64,000 nucleotides of DNA from Octopus sinensis (GCF_006345805.1 NC_042998.1:19220001-19284000); one strand, 5' to 3'; positions 41,082-53,625 are shown, counted from the first letter of the stretch. The notes: generated from the letters alone by a model not told the origin. Made by a program: numbers and translations.

Positions 41082-42370
41082 CGAGGGACGTTCAATAAGT
41101 AATGCCTCTGACCCACTTCCAGGTGTTTGATCTAGTTGAAATTTTGCATGTGCGATTACTTATATCCCTATAGATGAGGTGGCGAATTATAGCTCTGAAC
41201 TAATTATGGTTTCTGATTTACAGGTGTTTGAACTGAGGCAAGTGTGAAATAGAGCCTGTTGAGTGTCGAGCAGTGATCCGGTTTTTGTATTTGAAAGGAC
41301 GCAGACCACGGGAGACTTTTGATGAAATGAAAGTAACTTATGGTGATGATGCCCCATCATATGACTTTGTAAAACTCTGGCATCGTGAATTCAAACATGG
41401 TCGGAACTCTGTGGAAACAGCTCCCAGATCTGGTCGCCCCCCTTCTGCCATTGATGAGGCATCTGTCCGTCAAGTTGAGGCTGCCATTTTGGAAGATCGA
41501 CGCATAACTATTCGCCAAATAGCCCATGAGGTCAAGATTAGTACCGGGTCAGTGGAAACTATCATTCATGACCATTTTCATATGCAAAAAGTGTCTGCCA
41601 GATGGATTCCCAGGTTGCCCACACCTTTCCAGAAGCAAGAACGCGTCGAATGCTCGAGGATGAATTTGGAGACGTTCCAAGAAGATGAGTCAAACTTTTT
41701 CAAAAGACTGATTACACAGGATGAAACCTGGGTCCATCACTATGTTCCGGAGACCAAAGCCCAGTCAATGCAGTGGAAGCACCGTGACTCACCACTTCCA
41801 AAGAAGGCAAGGGTGCAGCCCTCTGCTGGCAAGGTCATGCTCACAGTCTTCTGGGACCAGGACGGAGTAGTGATGACAGATTTCCTGGCAAAGGGTACCA
41901 CAATTACAGGAGCCTATTATGCTTCACTTTTGAGGAAAAGAGAACCTATCAAAATCAAGAGGCGGGGCAAGATCAGCGAAGGCATCCTCCTCCTGCAGGA
42001 CAACGCTCCAGTCCACAACTCGCGTGTCGCCAGATCAGAAGCACAGGCGTGCGGCTATGAACTCCTCCCCCATCCCCCTACTCTCCTGACCTTGTACCCT
42101 CTGATTTTCACCTCTTCCCAGCCATGAAGTTGTTTTTGAAAGGAAAGCATTTCCCAGATGATGTAGCCTTGATTTCTAAAGTCACGTCGTGGATGGAGGA
42201 CCAAGCTGGGGTCTTTTACAAAAACGGTCTCCAGAGCTGGATCAAACGATGGGAGAAATGCCTAACTCTGAGTGGTTCCTATGTAGAAAAAGACTAATAA
42301 CTGTGCCAAGTTCCGTTGCTCTACTGGTATGGGAAGTGGGTCAGGGGCATTACTTATTGAACGCCCCTCG
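41082..42370 (+). mobile_element. Near-intact mariner element (irritans-like), 1289 bp
   Basis: ~39-bp TIRs CGAGGGACGTTCAATAAGTAATGCC... / ...GGCATTACTTATTGAACGCCCCTCG with TA TSDs. Confidence 0.97.
41273..42297 (+). pseudogene. DD34D mariner transposase, one frameshift
   Basis: WIPRL, TQDETW, LQDNAPVH; adding one C to the run at 42074-42078 restores HPPYSPDLVPSDFHLF with exact D-34-D spacing and a stop at 42295-42297. Confidence 0.95.
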
Positions 42371-42854
42371 TAAGTTCGGTTACAGTTTTGATCTAATGTT
42401 TATTGTAGAAGATCTACAAAGAAAGTGAGAAAACATTTTATAACTCATCTCGGCAGCTATTTAATATAAAGCATGTATTTATGACAAAAACAAACAAAAC
42501 AATTGGATAACATAATTTGATAAGAAAACCTGTTTACGCGCCAGATTTTTACTACTCTTTATCAAATTAGAATGTTTTCTTATTGAAATGTTTTGATATC
42601 TAAAAGCTGGAGACAACGAAATACTGTAGGAAACGAAGGTAATTTTTCCATAAGAAAGAAAAAAATCAATAATCATGTAACTTATTTCATTCATACTTTT
42701 TGCCGATACTTTTACTAATTTTTCTGCATCTGGGGCTTATTGCTCTTATATTATTTCAATTGGCATTCGTAAACCAATAATAATATCCTCTAAGGTAAAC
42801 AAACAGAAGCACTGGATGCCTATTAACACCAATAGAGTTGCAGCTACGAGAATG

Positions 42855-42900
42855 TATAATGATAATAATAATGATAATAATAAAAATTAAAACAGTAATG

Positions 42901-42964
<64 letters not shown>

Positions 42965-42978
42965 TTAAAATAGTAATG

Positions 42979-43039
<61 letters not shown>

Positions 43040-43067
43040 TTAAAATAATAATAATAATAATAATAAT
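42855..43067. repeat. (TAA)n array with recurring AAAATTAAAA interruptions
   Basis: Direct inspection. Confidence 0.9.
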
Positions 43068-43369
43068 TCTTTGGGGTTTGAATAATTCACCTCTGGAAAC
43101 ATGGGTGGTTCTTTCAACATCCTTAAACAACCCTTATTCAGAGACCTTTTGAGCGGGATGGGCTACTCAACCTGAAGAAAATTCTAACTGGGCCCCACCT
43201 GCAAGGTCATGTGCTGTTTATCTTGATATGAGATCACCATGTCGCGCACATATGGTTGTGATGCATGTGCCTGGTGTACCTTTATCAGACGGGTAGTCAT
43301 GATGGGTATATTGGGCTTCGTATATTTTAACCCAGTGTCACTTTGATGGCATGCACTGCTCTCTCACTC
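43068..43369 (+). mobile_element. Interspersed repeat ending in (AAT)n, 3' part (probable non-autonomous retroposon)
   Basis: Aligns with 62560-62861; ends GCATGCACTGCTCTCTCACTC followed by (AAT)n. Confidence 0.75.
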
Positions 43370-43402
<33 letters not shown>

Positions 43403-43458
43403 TAATGATTATAATAATAATAATAATAATAAATAATAATAATAATAATAATAATAAT

Positions 43459-43490
<32 letters not shown>

Positions 43491-43516
43491 TAATGATTAT
43501 AATAATAATAATAATA

Positions 43517-43560
<44 letters not shown>

Positions 43561-43592
43561 TGATGATGATGATAATAACAATAACAACAACA

Positions 43593-44284
43593 GAAGATCA
43601 AAGCTTGACAAACGGTGCTTACCACAACAAAATAATGAACGATGGCACTGAGCCGAAATGCAGAAAGTGTCATGAGCAGGATGAAACAGTGGACCACTTC
43701 TTAACTGGATGCACAGCTGAATATATTCATAGGCGCGATAGAGTAGCACAATATATCCATTGGAAGATATGTAAACACCACCAGCTTCCAACATCAGAAA
43801 GATAGTACCGGCATAAACTTGAAACTGTGACCGGAAAAATGATGTAACAGTTCTCCGGGACGTTCCAGTCTACGCCGATAAAGAAATCAAGGCAAACAGG
43901 CCGGACATAAACATCAAACATGGGATGAAGAAAAAATGCTTAATGATAGATGTGACAGTACTATCAGGGAGAAATGTGTGCATTAAAGAAGTTGAGAAGT
44001 TATTTAAATGCAAAGATCTAGAAATAGAAGTGACAAAGATGTGGGGAATGAAAAGCAGCACAGCACCAGTGATGATTGGAGCGTTAAGGCTAAATAAAAG
44101 GGCCTTGATAAGCAACTCCCTTGCAGTGTTGTCATGGGAGAACTTCAGGAAATAGTGTTGCTAGGTTGTTCACACATTTTACGCCGTGTACTCTCCATGA
44201 GATGAAGACCTGCTGTGTCCTTAGCGTCAAGGGGTGACTCCTGTTTAGTAGGAGATAACGGACCATATTTTATTTTAAAATGGT
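43593..44284 (+). mobile_element. R4/Dong-like 3' fragment, subfamily 2
   Basis: CCHC knuckle, RPDI...IDVT...KEVEK..KDLEIEVTKMWG...PVMIGAL with frameshifts; flanked by (AAT)n. Confidence 0.88.
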
Positions 44285-44352
44285 AATAATAATAATAACA
44301 ACAACAACAACGACAACAACAACGATGACAACCACAACACAACAACAACAAC

Positions 44353-44426
<74 letters not shown>

Positions 44427-44429
44427 TAA

Positions 44430-44512
<83 letters not shown>

Positions 44513-44540
44513 TTAATATTTAAAAAAAAAATAATAATAT

Positions 44541-46492
44541 TGATAGCATCACCCACACATGGATCCTCGAAACACTAGCCATTAACAAAGTAGCACCAAC
44601 CATTATAAAATCCATAGGGCACTCCTTGAATAAATGGCAAACAGTGCTACAGCTCCAAACAAAAGAGGGACTCAGGAAAACCAAAGCCATCCCCATTAGA
44701 AGAGGAATATTCCAGGGAGACACGCTCTCTCCACTCCTTTTCTGCTTGGCACTGTCACCTCTATCTGATATGCTAAATAGAACTGGATGCGGATATAAAT
44801 GTTACGGCAAAACGATCAGCCACCTTTTATATATGGATGACCTAAAACTATACGCTGCAAATGACAAACAGTTGGACACACTATTGGACACACTATTGGA
44901 CACACATGGATTTACCAAAGAAATAGATATGAAATTTGGATTAGAAAAATGCGCCAAAGTAACCATGAAAAGAGGAAAACTAGTTAAGAGTAGCAACATC
45001 ACACTAGATAAAACAAATGAAATAAAACAACTAGACCAAAGCCAAACTTACAAATACTTAGGAATCAATGAACTAGATAAGACACAACACACAAATGAAA
45101 GAGAAAATAAAAAAGAATATTATAGACGAGTTAGATCAATACTAAAAACAGAGCTCAATGCTAAAAACAAGATAATAAGTATTAACACTTTAGCTGTCCC
45201 AGTTATAAGTTACAGCTACAATATCCTTAACTGGACACTAAATGAACTGACCAAAATAGATAGGGAAACAAGAAAAATAATGACTGGGTCTAGGATGCAT
45301 CACCCAAAATCTGACATAGAAAGACTATATATACAGCGTATAGAAGGTGGTAGAGGCCTTATACAGCTGGAAAACAACTATAAAATAACCACCATAGGAC
45401 TGCAAAAATATCTACTTCAGAAGGAAGGAAAACTGATACAAATAGCGGCAAAACACGAACAAAACAAAAAAAAATGTTCTCAGTATTTAAGGAAGCTGAC
45501 AAATACAAACAAAAAATCATACCACCTTATAAATACGAAGAAAAATAAGAAGAAGATGAAGAAACAAAAAAAGCTATGAAACAAATGAAATCCAAACTAA
45601 AAATAGAACAGCAACGAACCACGATAAAACGATGGCAAGAAAAGCCCCTTCATGGTAAATACTGGACTAAACTAAATGCAAAAGAAATAGACAAAGAAAA
45701 ATCCCAGCAATGGTTGAGAAGCTCAGGACTCAAAGCAGAGACAGAGGGATTTTTAATTGCAGCACAAGACCAAAGCCTCCCCACCAGAAATTACCAAAAA
45801 CATGTGATGAAAAGAAATATAACAAGTAACTGCAGAATATGTGGAGATGGACAAGAAACAATAAATCATATTATCTATGGCTGCCCAGTCCTGGCTAAGA
45901 AGGAATATATTCACAGATATGACAAAGTTGGAACCTACATACACTGGAAGCTATGCCAATATTATGGAATAACAACAGAAAAAAATGGTATAGGCACACA
46001 CCAGAAAATGTCACAGAAAACGAGAAAGCAACCATACTCTGGGATATGCCGATACACACAGATAGAGAAATTAAGGCCAACAGACCAGATATAGTTGTCA
46101 GAGATCATGAAGAAAAAAATGCTTTCTAATTGATGTATCAATACCGGCAGATGACAACGTGTCTCTAAAAGAAATAGAGAAACATTCAAAATACAAAAGC
46201 TTGGAAATAGAGGTAACCAGAATGTGGAATCTAAAATCAGAAACAATTCCTATCATAGTAGGTGCATTAAGCATAATAAAAAATATTCAGAGAAATACAT
46301 AACAAAAACACCAGGACTTACAAACACATATAACATACAGAAAATTGCACTACTAGACACTGCACACATCCTACGCAGAACACTTTCCATACAATAACCA
46401 TCAGAGCATCACAACAAATCACAGCACATACCCAAGGCACACAGAGCTGCGCTCGGTAGTGAAGTGAAAGCACGCTATAAAAAATAAAACTA

Positions 46493-46495
<3 letters not shown>
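44541..46495 (+). mobile_element. 5'-truncated R4/Dong-like LINE (RT, CCHC, restriction-like endonuclease), frameshifted
   Basis: RGIFQGDTLSPLLF, HLLYMDDLKLY, YKYLGI; CRICGDGQETINHIIYGC; RPDIVV...IDVSIP; frameshifts near 45470 and 45985; (AAT)n on both sides. Confidence 0.95.
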
Positions 46496-46582
<87 letters not shown>

Positions 46583-46678
46583 AAGAAGAAGAAGAAGAAG
46601 AAGAAGAAGAAGAAGAAGAAGAAGAAGAAGAAGAAGAAAAATAAAAGAAGGATGATGATGATGATGATGATGATGATG
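46496..46678. repeat. Compound (AAT)n-(GAA)n-(GAT)n microsatellite
   Basis: Direct inspection. Confidence 0.95.
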
Positions 46679-47780
46679 CCACTATTAAGATTATAACTTT
46701 CACAATGAATGTCTTATATCTCATTCCCGCTTCTCCTGCTTATCGTCTTTATTCTTTTCCTTTACTCTTGATCGTCTTCCTTCCTATCTTCACCATCATT
46801 TCTAATGTAGATAAATAATGACATTGTTCAACAGAGAGACCAGAAATTTAAAAAGTAAAAAAATACAAATTACCATTATTATTATTACTATTATTATTAT
46901 CACTATTATTATTATTATTATTACTATTATTATTATCACTATTATTATTATCATTATTATTGCCGATGTTTACGTTTATTTTTATTTCTTGGTGTTGTTT
47001 CTATTGTTGCCGTTGCTATTCTTGTTATTAAGAATGCTTAATAATAATCTCTGTCAGAATAAAATGATTACTATCTATTTTCACTGTTCCAAAACATGCA
47101 TCGGTTAACGCTACTCCGAATTTCAATGACGTATTAAGTATGAAATTTCAAGTTTTAAGTGAGAGATATCAATCATGGTTTTATTGGATTTGTTTTCTAT
47201 CATATTATTCTGATGACAATGATAGATAGTAATAGGGAAAATGCTGGGTTTTTTTTTCTTCTTTTTCTTACGTATAACATTTCTGTTTCTTTTACAAATG
47301 CAAGTTATGTTACGTTTGCGATAAGAATAAAAACACGTTATCTAAATTCTCTTAACATCTATTTGAAACTATTTGTTTCATTCTTGCTCATACAACTTTG
47401 ATGATAATTTGATGCAAAAATATCCATTTAAGAAAATATCTAGTCTGAGTTATTGGCGCGCTAGTTACGAAGTATTTACACTGTACAAAGTAAAAGACAA
47501 ATTAATAACATATGCGAAACATATAATGGCATATATCTGCTTCAAAACAAAACAATTCAGTATTGTTGAGAACCAGGTAAGCGCTTATTTTATCATGCTG
47601 TGTGACAGATATTCGACTGCACGTATTCGGCAATATATTTAAACCAGTACGATACAAAATTGACCTAACTTAACACTAATAAGGTTCGAAAGCTTGCATT
47701 AATGATCTGAGTGGTTTCTGATCATAGAAACTAAAATACCTTCAGTTGCATACAAGGCTGCGTAGAAGGCCGATACATAC

Positions 47781-48198
47781 ATATTTCTTTACTACCCATA
47801 AGGGGCTAAACACAGAGATAACAAACAAAGACAGCCATACGGATTAAGTGGATTACATCAACCCTAGTGTGTAACTGGTACTTAATTTATCGACCCCGAA
47901 AGGATGAAAGGTACTGTCGACCTCGGCGTATTTTGAACTCAGAACGTAACGGCAGACGGAATACCTATTTCTTTACTACCCACAAGGGGTTAAACACAGA
48001 GAAGACAAACAAGGACAGACAAACGGATTAAGTCGATTATATCGACTCTAGTGCGTAACTGGTACTTATTTAATCGACCCCGAAAGTGTGAAAGGCAAAG
48101 CCAACCTCGGCGGAATTTGAACTCAGAACGTAACGACAGACGAAATGCCGCTTAGCATTTCTCCCGGCGTGCTAACGTTTCTGCCAGCTCGCCGCCTT
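47781..48198 (-). mobile_element. SINE family A dimer
   Basis: Unit period 184 bp (47782, 47966); 15-bp TSD with 2 mismatches at 47766-47780 and 48199-48213. Confidence 0.9.
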
Positions 48199-49008
48199 AA
48201 GGCGGCTACATACCACAGTCAAATTTTATTCTCACCTAAAAGGAAGAAACTTGGAACTGAATATTCAAATATATATGAACATTTTATAGACTTATGTGTA
48301 AAATTTAAAAGCAATTGCAAAATTGAAAGATGAGGGAAATATAAATTAGCGCCATTGAATTGGAAACACATAATATCAGGCTGTAAAATATTAACTTTTT
48401 ATGCCATGATAAACGTAACGAAATAGCGGATTCGGTGACCCGTTAGAAAGAAGCCCATGCAGGAATAGTCCCTGCATTTTCAAAAGTATTCCAATGTAAC
48501 TTCTTATATTACTGAAATATTTACACTTTCCAGTGAAAATTCTATGTAATCGTATTTCCGTTGTGATTTTTCCCTCTTGAAAATATCGTCAGAGCGGTAC
48601 CAGTTTTTTAGTATAACAGGATTACACGTCTTATGATATTTTATCAATTGAATTTGTGTCAAACAATTTTGAAAATAATTATACAATGTATATAAAATTA
48701 AAATGAATGTAAGATGTTTGTTTTTTCTCGTAAGTAAAAATAAATAATCTTTGTGTAATAGCAGTAGTAACATAGATAGTACAAAAAGTTACTGGTAACA
48801 AGCGAAGTAAGAACGGCATGGTCTTATAATTTCTCCAGCGGTAATCTGAGGCTCAAGATTTATCTATCAGTACAAAGAACTATAAATCCTGAAATACGTG
48901 TTTTGTATATAATTTATGGATAGGTCACACTTTCCGGAAGAATATCAGCTCACACTTTTTCATAACAAGTGTTAAGTAATTTCATTGCTGTTCTAACAAA
49001 CAAGCTTA

Positions 49009-49039
<31 letters not shown>

Positions 49040-49248
49040 TCCTTTCTATTTATTTATGCACACACAACACACACACGTGCGCACACACAGACATATCTAT
49101 ACATATGTATACACACATATATATATATACATATTTATACATGTATGTATTTATATATATTTATGCATGTATATATATATATATATATACACATGTATAT
49201 ATATATATACACACATATACATAAATATATATACATGTGTATATATAT

Positions 49249-49292
<44 letters not shown>

Positions 49293-49736
49293 CATATATA
49301 TATATATGTGTGTGTGTGTGTATATGTATGTTTCGGTGTGTGTATGTGTGTGCACTCTTGCACGCTTGCGTGAGTATATGGGCAAGTTCATACTACCCTG
49401 AATCATTGCTATCAGCACATTTTAAAATTTTGTAATCTCAGAATGCGCCATTCAAGATAGTTTATCTAATTTATGAATAGCTACCATGTATATAGTTTCC
49501 CGAAAATTCATGATATCAAACAAATCTCGACTTGTGCCTGTTCAGAAAACATTGACCAGCTGTATTCTCCTGTATCTTTAGGTACACCATTAAGCATACA
49601 AACACTCATACACATACACAGACTCATTGTGAAGCCGATATATTTATACAAATGGACATATAAATATATATGGGTGCGTGGGATATATATGGGAGTATGT
49701 GGGTGTTTATTAAATGTATATAAGCATATGTATATA

Positions 49737-50586
49737 CAGGGTGTCCCGAAAGTATGTGACGGGTTTCAATTTTTAATAACTTCCTTAAGTTTATAAATAA
49801 ATGCATGAAATTTTGATACAATAAAAGGAGTGTAATATACATTAATATGCATAAGTCATATTTTGCAACACTACTATTGCACATATGAAAAATGTCATCG
49901 CTCAAATGGCAGCCGTTTTCGGCTTTGCACGCCTATGACCTTTCCAAAGCACCTTCAAATGTTTCCGACCCCCATTCTCCGATTTCTCTATTGATGCTCT
50001 TTTTCAGTTACACCAGTGTGTCCGGTTTGTAGACATAAACCCTCCCTTTCAGATAAACCAGAAGAAAAACTTCGGGCGAGTCAAGTCTGGGGTATGTGAA
50101 GACCAGTTGACATTGCCATAGAAGGAGATTATTCACTCTCCGAGGCACTGACGTAGCTAAGGCATTATTTATCTTGCAGTATAAACAGTTTCCCTATCTT
50201 GCTGGAACCATGTGTGAGTTCTATTTTGAATGGCCTTCACGTTCCCCAGACTTGACTAAGCCGGATTTTTTCGTGTGGGATTACCTGAAAGAGACCTTGG
50301 TGCAACTGAAGAGCATCTATTGAGTAATCAGAGAAGTGGTGTCTGAAACTCTCGAGGATTTTATGATGCACGCTTTGGAAAGAGCATGGGCATGCGAAGC
50401 CGAAAATGGCTGCCATTTATGCGATGATAATGTTTTTCATGTGATGTAGTGGTGTTGCTAAATTTAAACTAGTGCATATTAATTTCGATTATGTCCTTTA
50501 TACTATATGAAAATGTTATGCATTTATTTTAAATTTCAGTAAGTTATTAAAAATTCAAATCCATCAGTGACTTTTGGGACAATCTG
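49737..50586. mobile_element. Palindromic Tc1/mariner derivative (DD41D) made of two transposon 3' ends
   Basis: TA TSDs; arms 49737-50105 and 50231-50586; minus strand WFQQD...WSSHTPDLTRP with 41 residues between QQD and the last catalytic position; plus strand WPSRSPDLTKPDFFVWDYLK. Confidence 0.88.
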
Positions 50587-50628
<42 letters not shown>

Positions 50629-50741
50629 CGTGCGTGTGTGTGTGCATGAGTATGAGTGCATAATTTACACACACACATATACAAGCACACAGATGCACAC
50701 GCACACATACACACACATGCACACACCCCATATACACAAAC

Positions 50742-50776
<35 letters not shown>

Positions 50777-50784
<8 letters not shown>

Positions 50785-51471
50785 TAAATGAAAGAATGGA
50801 GTCGAACGAAGATGTTAACAAAATTCCTTTACTCTCGACATATGTTTCGAAGACAGCATGTTTTCATTCCAAAGGAATAAATGATGCATTATGTAATCTT
50901 CTCATCAGGAAAGAAAAGGAGCCTCTCTCGACAACAAGACAAACAAAAATTTCGATGATTGCCTACATGGTAAACAAAGCGATAATGAATGTTTTTTTAA
51001 AAGAACGTTAGAAGAATTGACGTCAAAGATAGATAGTAGGAAGAGAAGGGATAAAGGAATAATAGGTAGGGAACAGTATGTTTGCTATATGCATGGAAAT
51101 GTGTGGGTGTGTGCTTCTGTTAATGAGTGCGTGTGTTTGTGTGTGTGTATGTGTGTGTGTATAACTGCATTTGTGTCTGTGTGTGTGAGTGTGTGTGTGA
51201 GAGAGCGACAGACGTCAAAGATAGATAGTAGGAAGAGAAGGGATAAAGGAATAATAGGTAGGGAACAAGTGGAGAGGGAAGGGTACGTTGATTGAAAGAA
51301 TGTTCGAAGGCTTAGGAAAGAATTTCTCTATAGAAGTGGGGTGGATGTAAAGCTAATTGTGCACCCTTTATTCCTTTGGAATGAAAACATGCTGTCTCCG
51401 AAACATATGTCGAGAGTAAAGGAATTCTGTTAACATCTTCGTTCGACTCCATTCTTTCATTTATTCATATA
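50777..51471. mobile_element. Inverted-repeat element (112-bp arms) carrying a hammerhead ribozyme
   Basis: Arms 50777-50888 / 51360-51471 with 4 mismatches; internal perfect 57-bp direct repeat at 51019-51075 and 51211-51267. Confidence 0.9.
50832..50913 (-). ncRNA. Type I hammerhead ribozyme (predicted)
   Basis: CUUUC-CUGAUGA-GAAGA-(43 nt)-UCUUC-GAAA-CAUAUG-UC-GAGAG: full core, stem I 5 bp, stem II 5 bp with G10.1-C11.1, palindromic stem III ACAUAUGU, GUC site. Confidence 0.8.
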
Positions 51472-51620
51472 CAACACACAAATTTCTACACATGAACCCG
51501 GAGTTTCTACCTTGACAGGTCGCTTCAACCGTGTTTCTGACGTGAATTTGCTACCCAGGTTTCGGTTAAACGAATTTTCCATGCTGACGATAAACATAGG
51601 ATAATTCATTCACCTACTTA

Positions 51621-51658
<38 letters not shown>

Positions 51659-51878
51659 ATCAATCATATTCATCAATAGGCACGAGTCCGAAAGACTCGT
51701 TTCAACTGGCTTTTGTTGAATATCGTTGGATATTGTTGAATATGTGTATCTGTATATCTAATTGTATTCACACAGGCGTGCGTGCGTGTGTATGTGTGTG
51801 TGTGTAGATGTGTTTATATATGCATATATGTACGCATATGAATTTATGCATATAGAACATATTTGTTTATGTACTAGC

Positions 51879-52310
51879 AGCTGAAATGCTTTCCAGAAGA
51901 GGTGAACTGCATTTCTTTGCAATAAATATATATGTCCTGATCAGAATTAGTAGCATATATCAGATTAAATATCGATGGCTGTTGTGCATTTATAATTAGT
52001 GCAATTTGGTAGGGAACTTGACACTGATAAGTAATTTATTTTACTTCCAGATTTTATTTCGAATACTGTTGAATATTTTGTACTTTCCCTTATGCTTGAT
52101 TCGAAACGTCTTGAATATTCAACATTATTCAAAATAAAATCTCTAAATAAAATAAATTACTTATCAGTGTCAAGTTCCCTACGAAATTGCTGTTATTATA
52201 AATGCACAACAGACATCGATATTTAATCAGATGTATGCTACTAATTCTAATCAGGATATATATTTATTGCAAAAAATTGCAGTTCACCTCCTTTGGAGAG
52301 CATTTCAGCT
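51879..52310. repeat. Fold-back element, ~200-bp arms and 36-bp loop
   Basis: Arms 51879-52077 / 52114-52310, e.g. TAGGGAACTTGACACTGATAAGTAATTTATTTT vs AAAATAAATTACTTATCAGTGTCAAGTTCCCTA. Confidence 0.93.
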
Positions 52311-52554
52311 ATGTTATTAGAATTAATGGGTTTTAACAAAGACTACATAAACCAAGCGAAATTTATTTCGGAAACGAGGCTCACTATTCATAAGCCAACT
52401 AATACCAGATCTTAATAATTGATAGATTCATCTAATCGTCCACTACATGTAGTAACATAAACTCCTTAAAGCTTTTAGCTCTGCCGCTTTAATCCACCAC
52501 TGACCAAGCCATAAATTAAACGCAAACAAATTAAGTAAATATATATATACATAT

Positions 52555-52619
<65 letters not shown>

Positions 52620-52654
52620 GAAAAAGAGAGAGAGAGACAGACTGACACACAGAC

Positions 52655-52707
<53 letters not shown>

Positions 52708-52708
<1 letters not shown>

Positions 52709-53359
52709 GTTTCTTTATTGGCCACACAGGGCTGCACACAGATGGGACAAGTTACAAGGTAGAGCTTTTCTTTTGGGGGATGAAGAGAACAAAAAACAAA
52801 AGAAAAAAAAGGGGTGGCGTAGGTTTTCGATCAAGAGGGATCGTAAAAGGGAAGAAAAGAACAAAAACAAAAAAAAATTGAATAAAATAAACAGAATAAA
52901 AGGAAAAAAAAGGAAAGGAAAAGGAACAAAAGGAAAGAGAAATGAAGAAAGAAGAAAAAAGGGGAAAAAAAGGGGAAGAGGAAAAAAAGAACGATCAATA
53001 GGGATCGTGTATCTCGAGCCGTGTCTGTAGAGCTTATCCCGAACGGGTAGCGCTTCTCGGTAGCACTGCCAGGCCAGGGATCTCTGGAAGTTGTCCATGG
53101 GCCCTGGCCCGAAGGTCGTCCTGAACAGGCGGGTCAGGTACTCCTCGTCGACGTCCAGGTTCGCCCCGAGCTCGTCGTCGTACCTCCCCTCCACTAATCC
53201 CCTATAGAATGCTTTGGTTGTGTTGAAGTCACTCAAGGTCGACCCGGGACGGCAGAGTTGCTTGAGAGCAACGCGACACTCGCGGTGCCAATCGCCCTTC
53301 CTCGGCCTCTTTTTGATCCACGACTGCAGTTCGGTCATGGAGACGAGCTGCGGGAAAGC
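52708..53359 (-). mobile_element. L1/Tx1-like LINE 3' fragment inserted in (GATA)n
   Basis: TKAFYRGL...FQRSLAWQCYREALPVRDKL resembles the L1/Tx1 ORF2 C-terminal region; pyrimidine-rich 3' UTR with AATAAA; (GATA)n on both sides. Confidence 0.75.
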
Positions 53360-53433
<74 letters not shown>

Positions 53434-53434
53434 G

Positions 53435-53468
<34 letters not shown>

Positions 53469-53494
53469 CATAGGTAGATAGATAGCTAGCTAGC

Positions 53495-53546
<52 letters not shown>

Positions 53547-53570
53547 TAGATAGATAGATAGATAGGTAGG

Positions 53571-53605
<35 letters not shown>

Positions 53606-53625
53606 GTTAATTTATATATATATAT

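Noticed and set aside
52773-53030. Lys/Arg-rich 85-aa ORF
   Set aside because: Antisense reading of the pyrimidine-rich LINE 3' UTR
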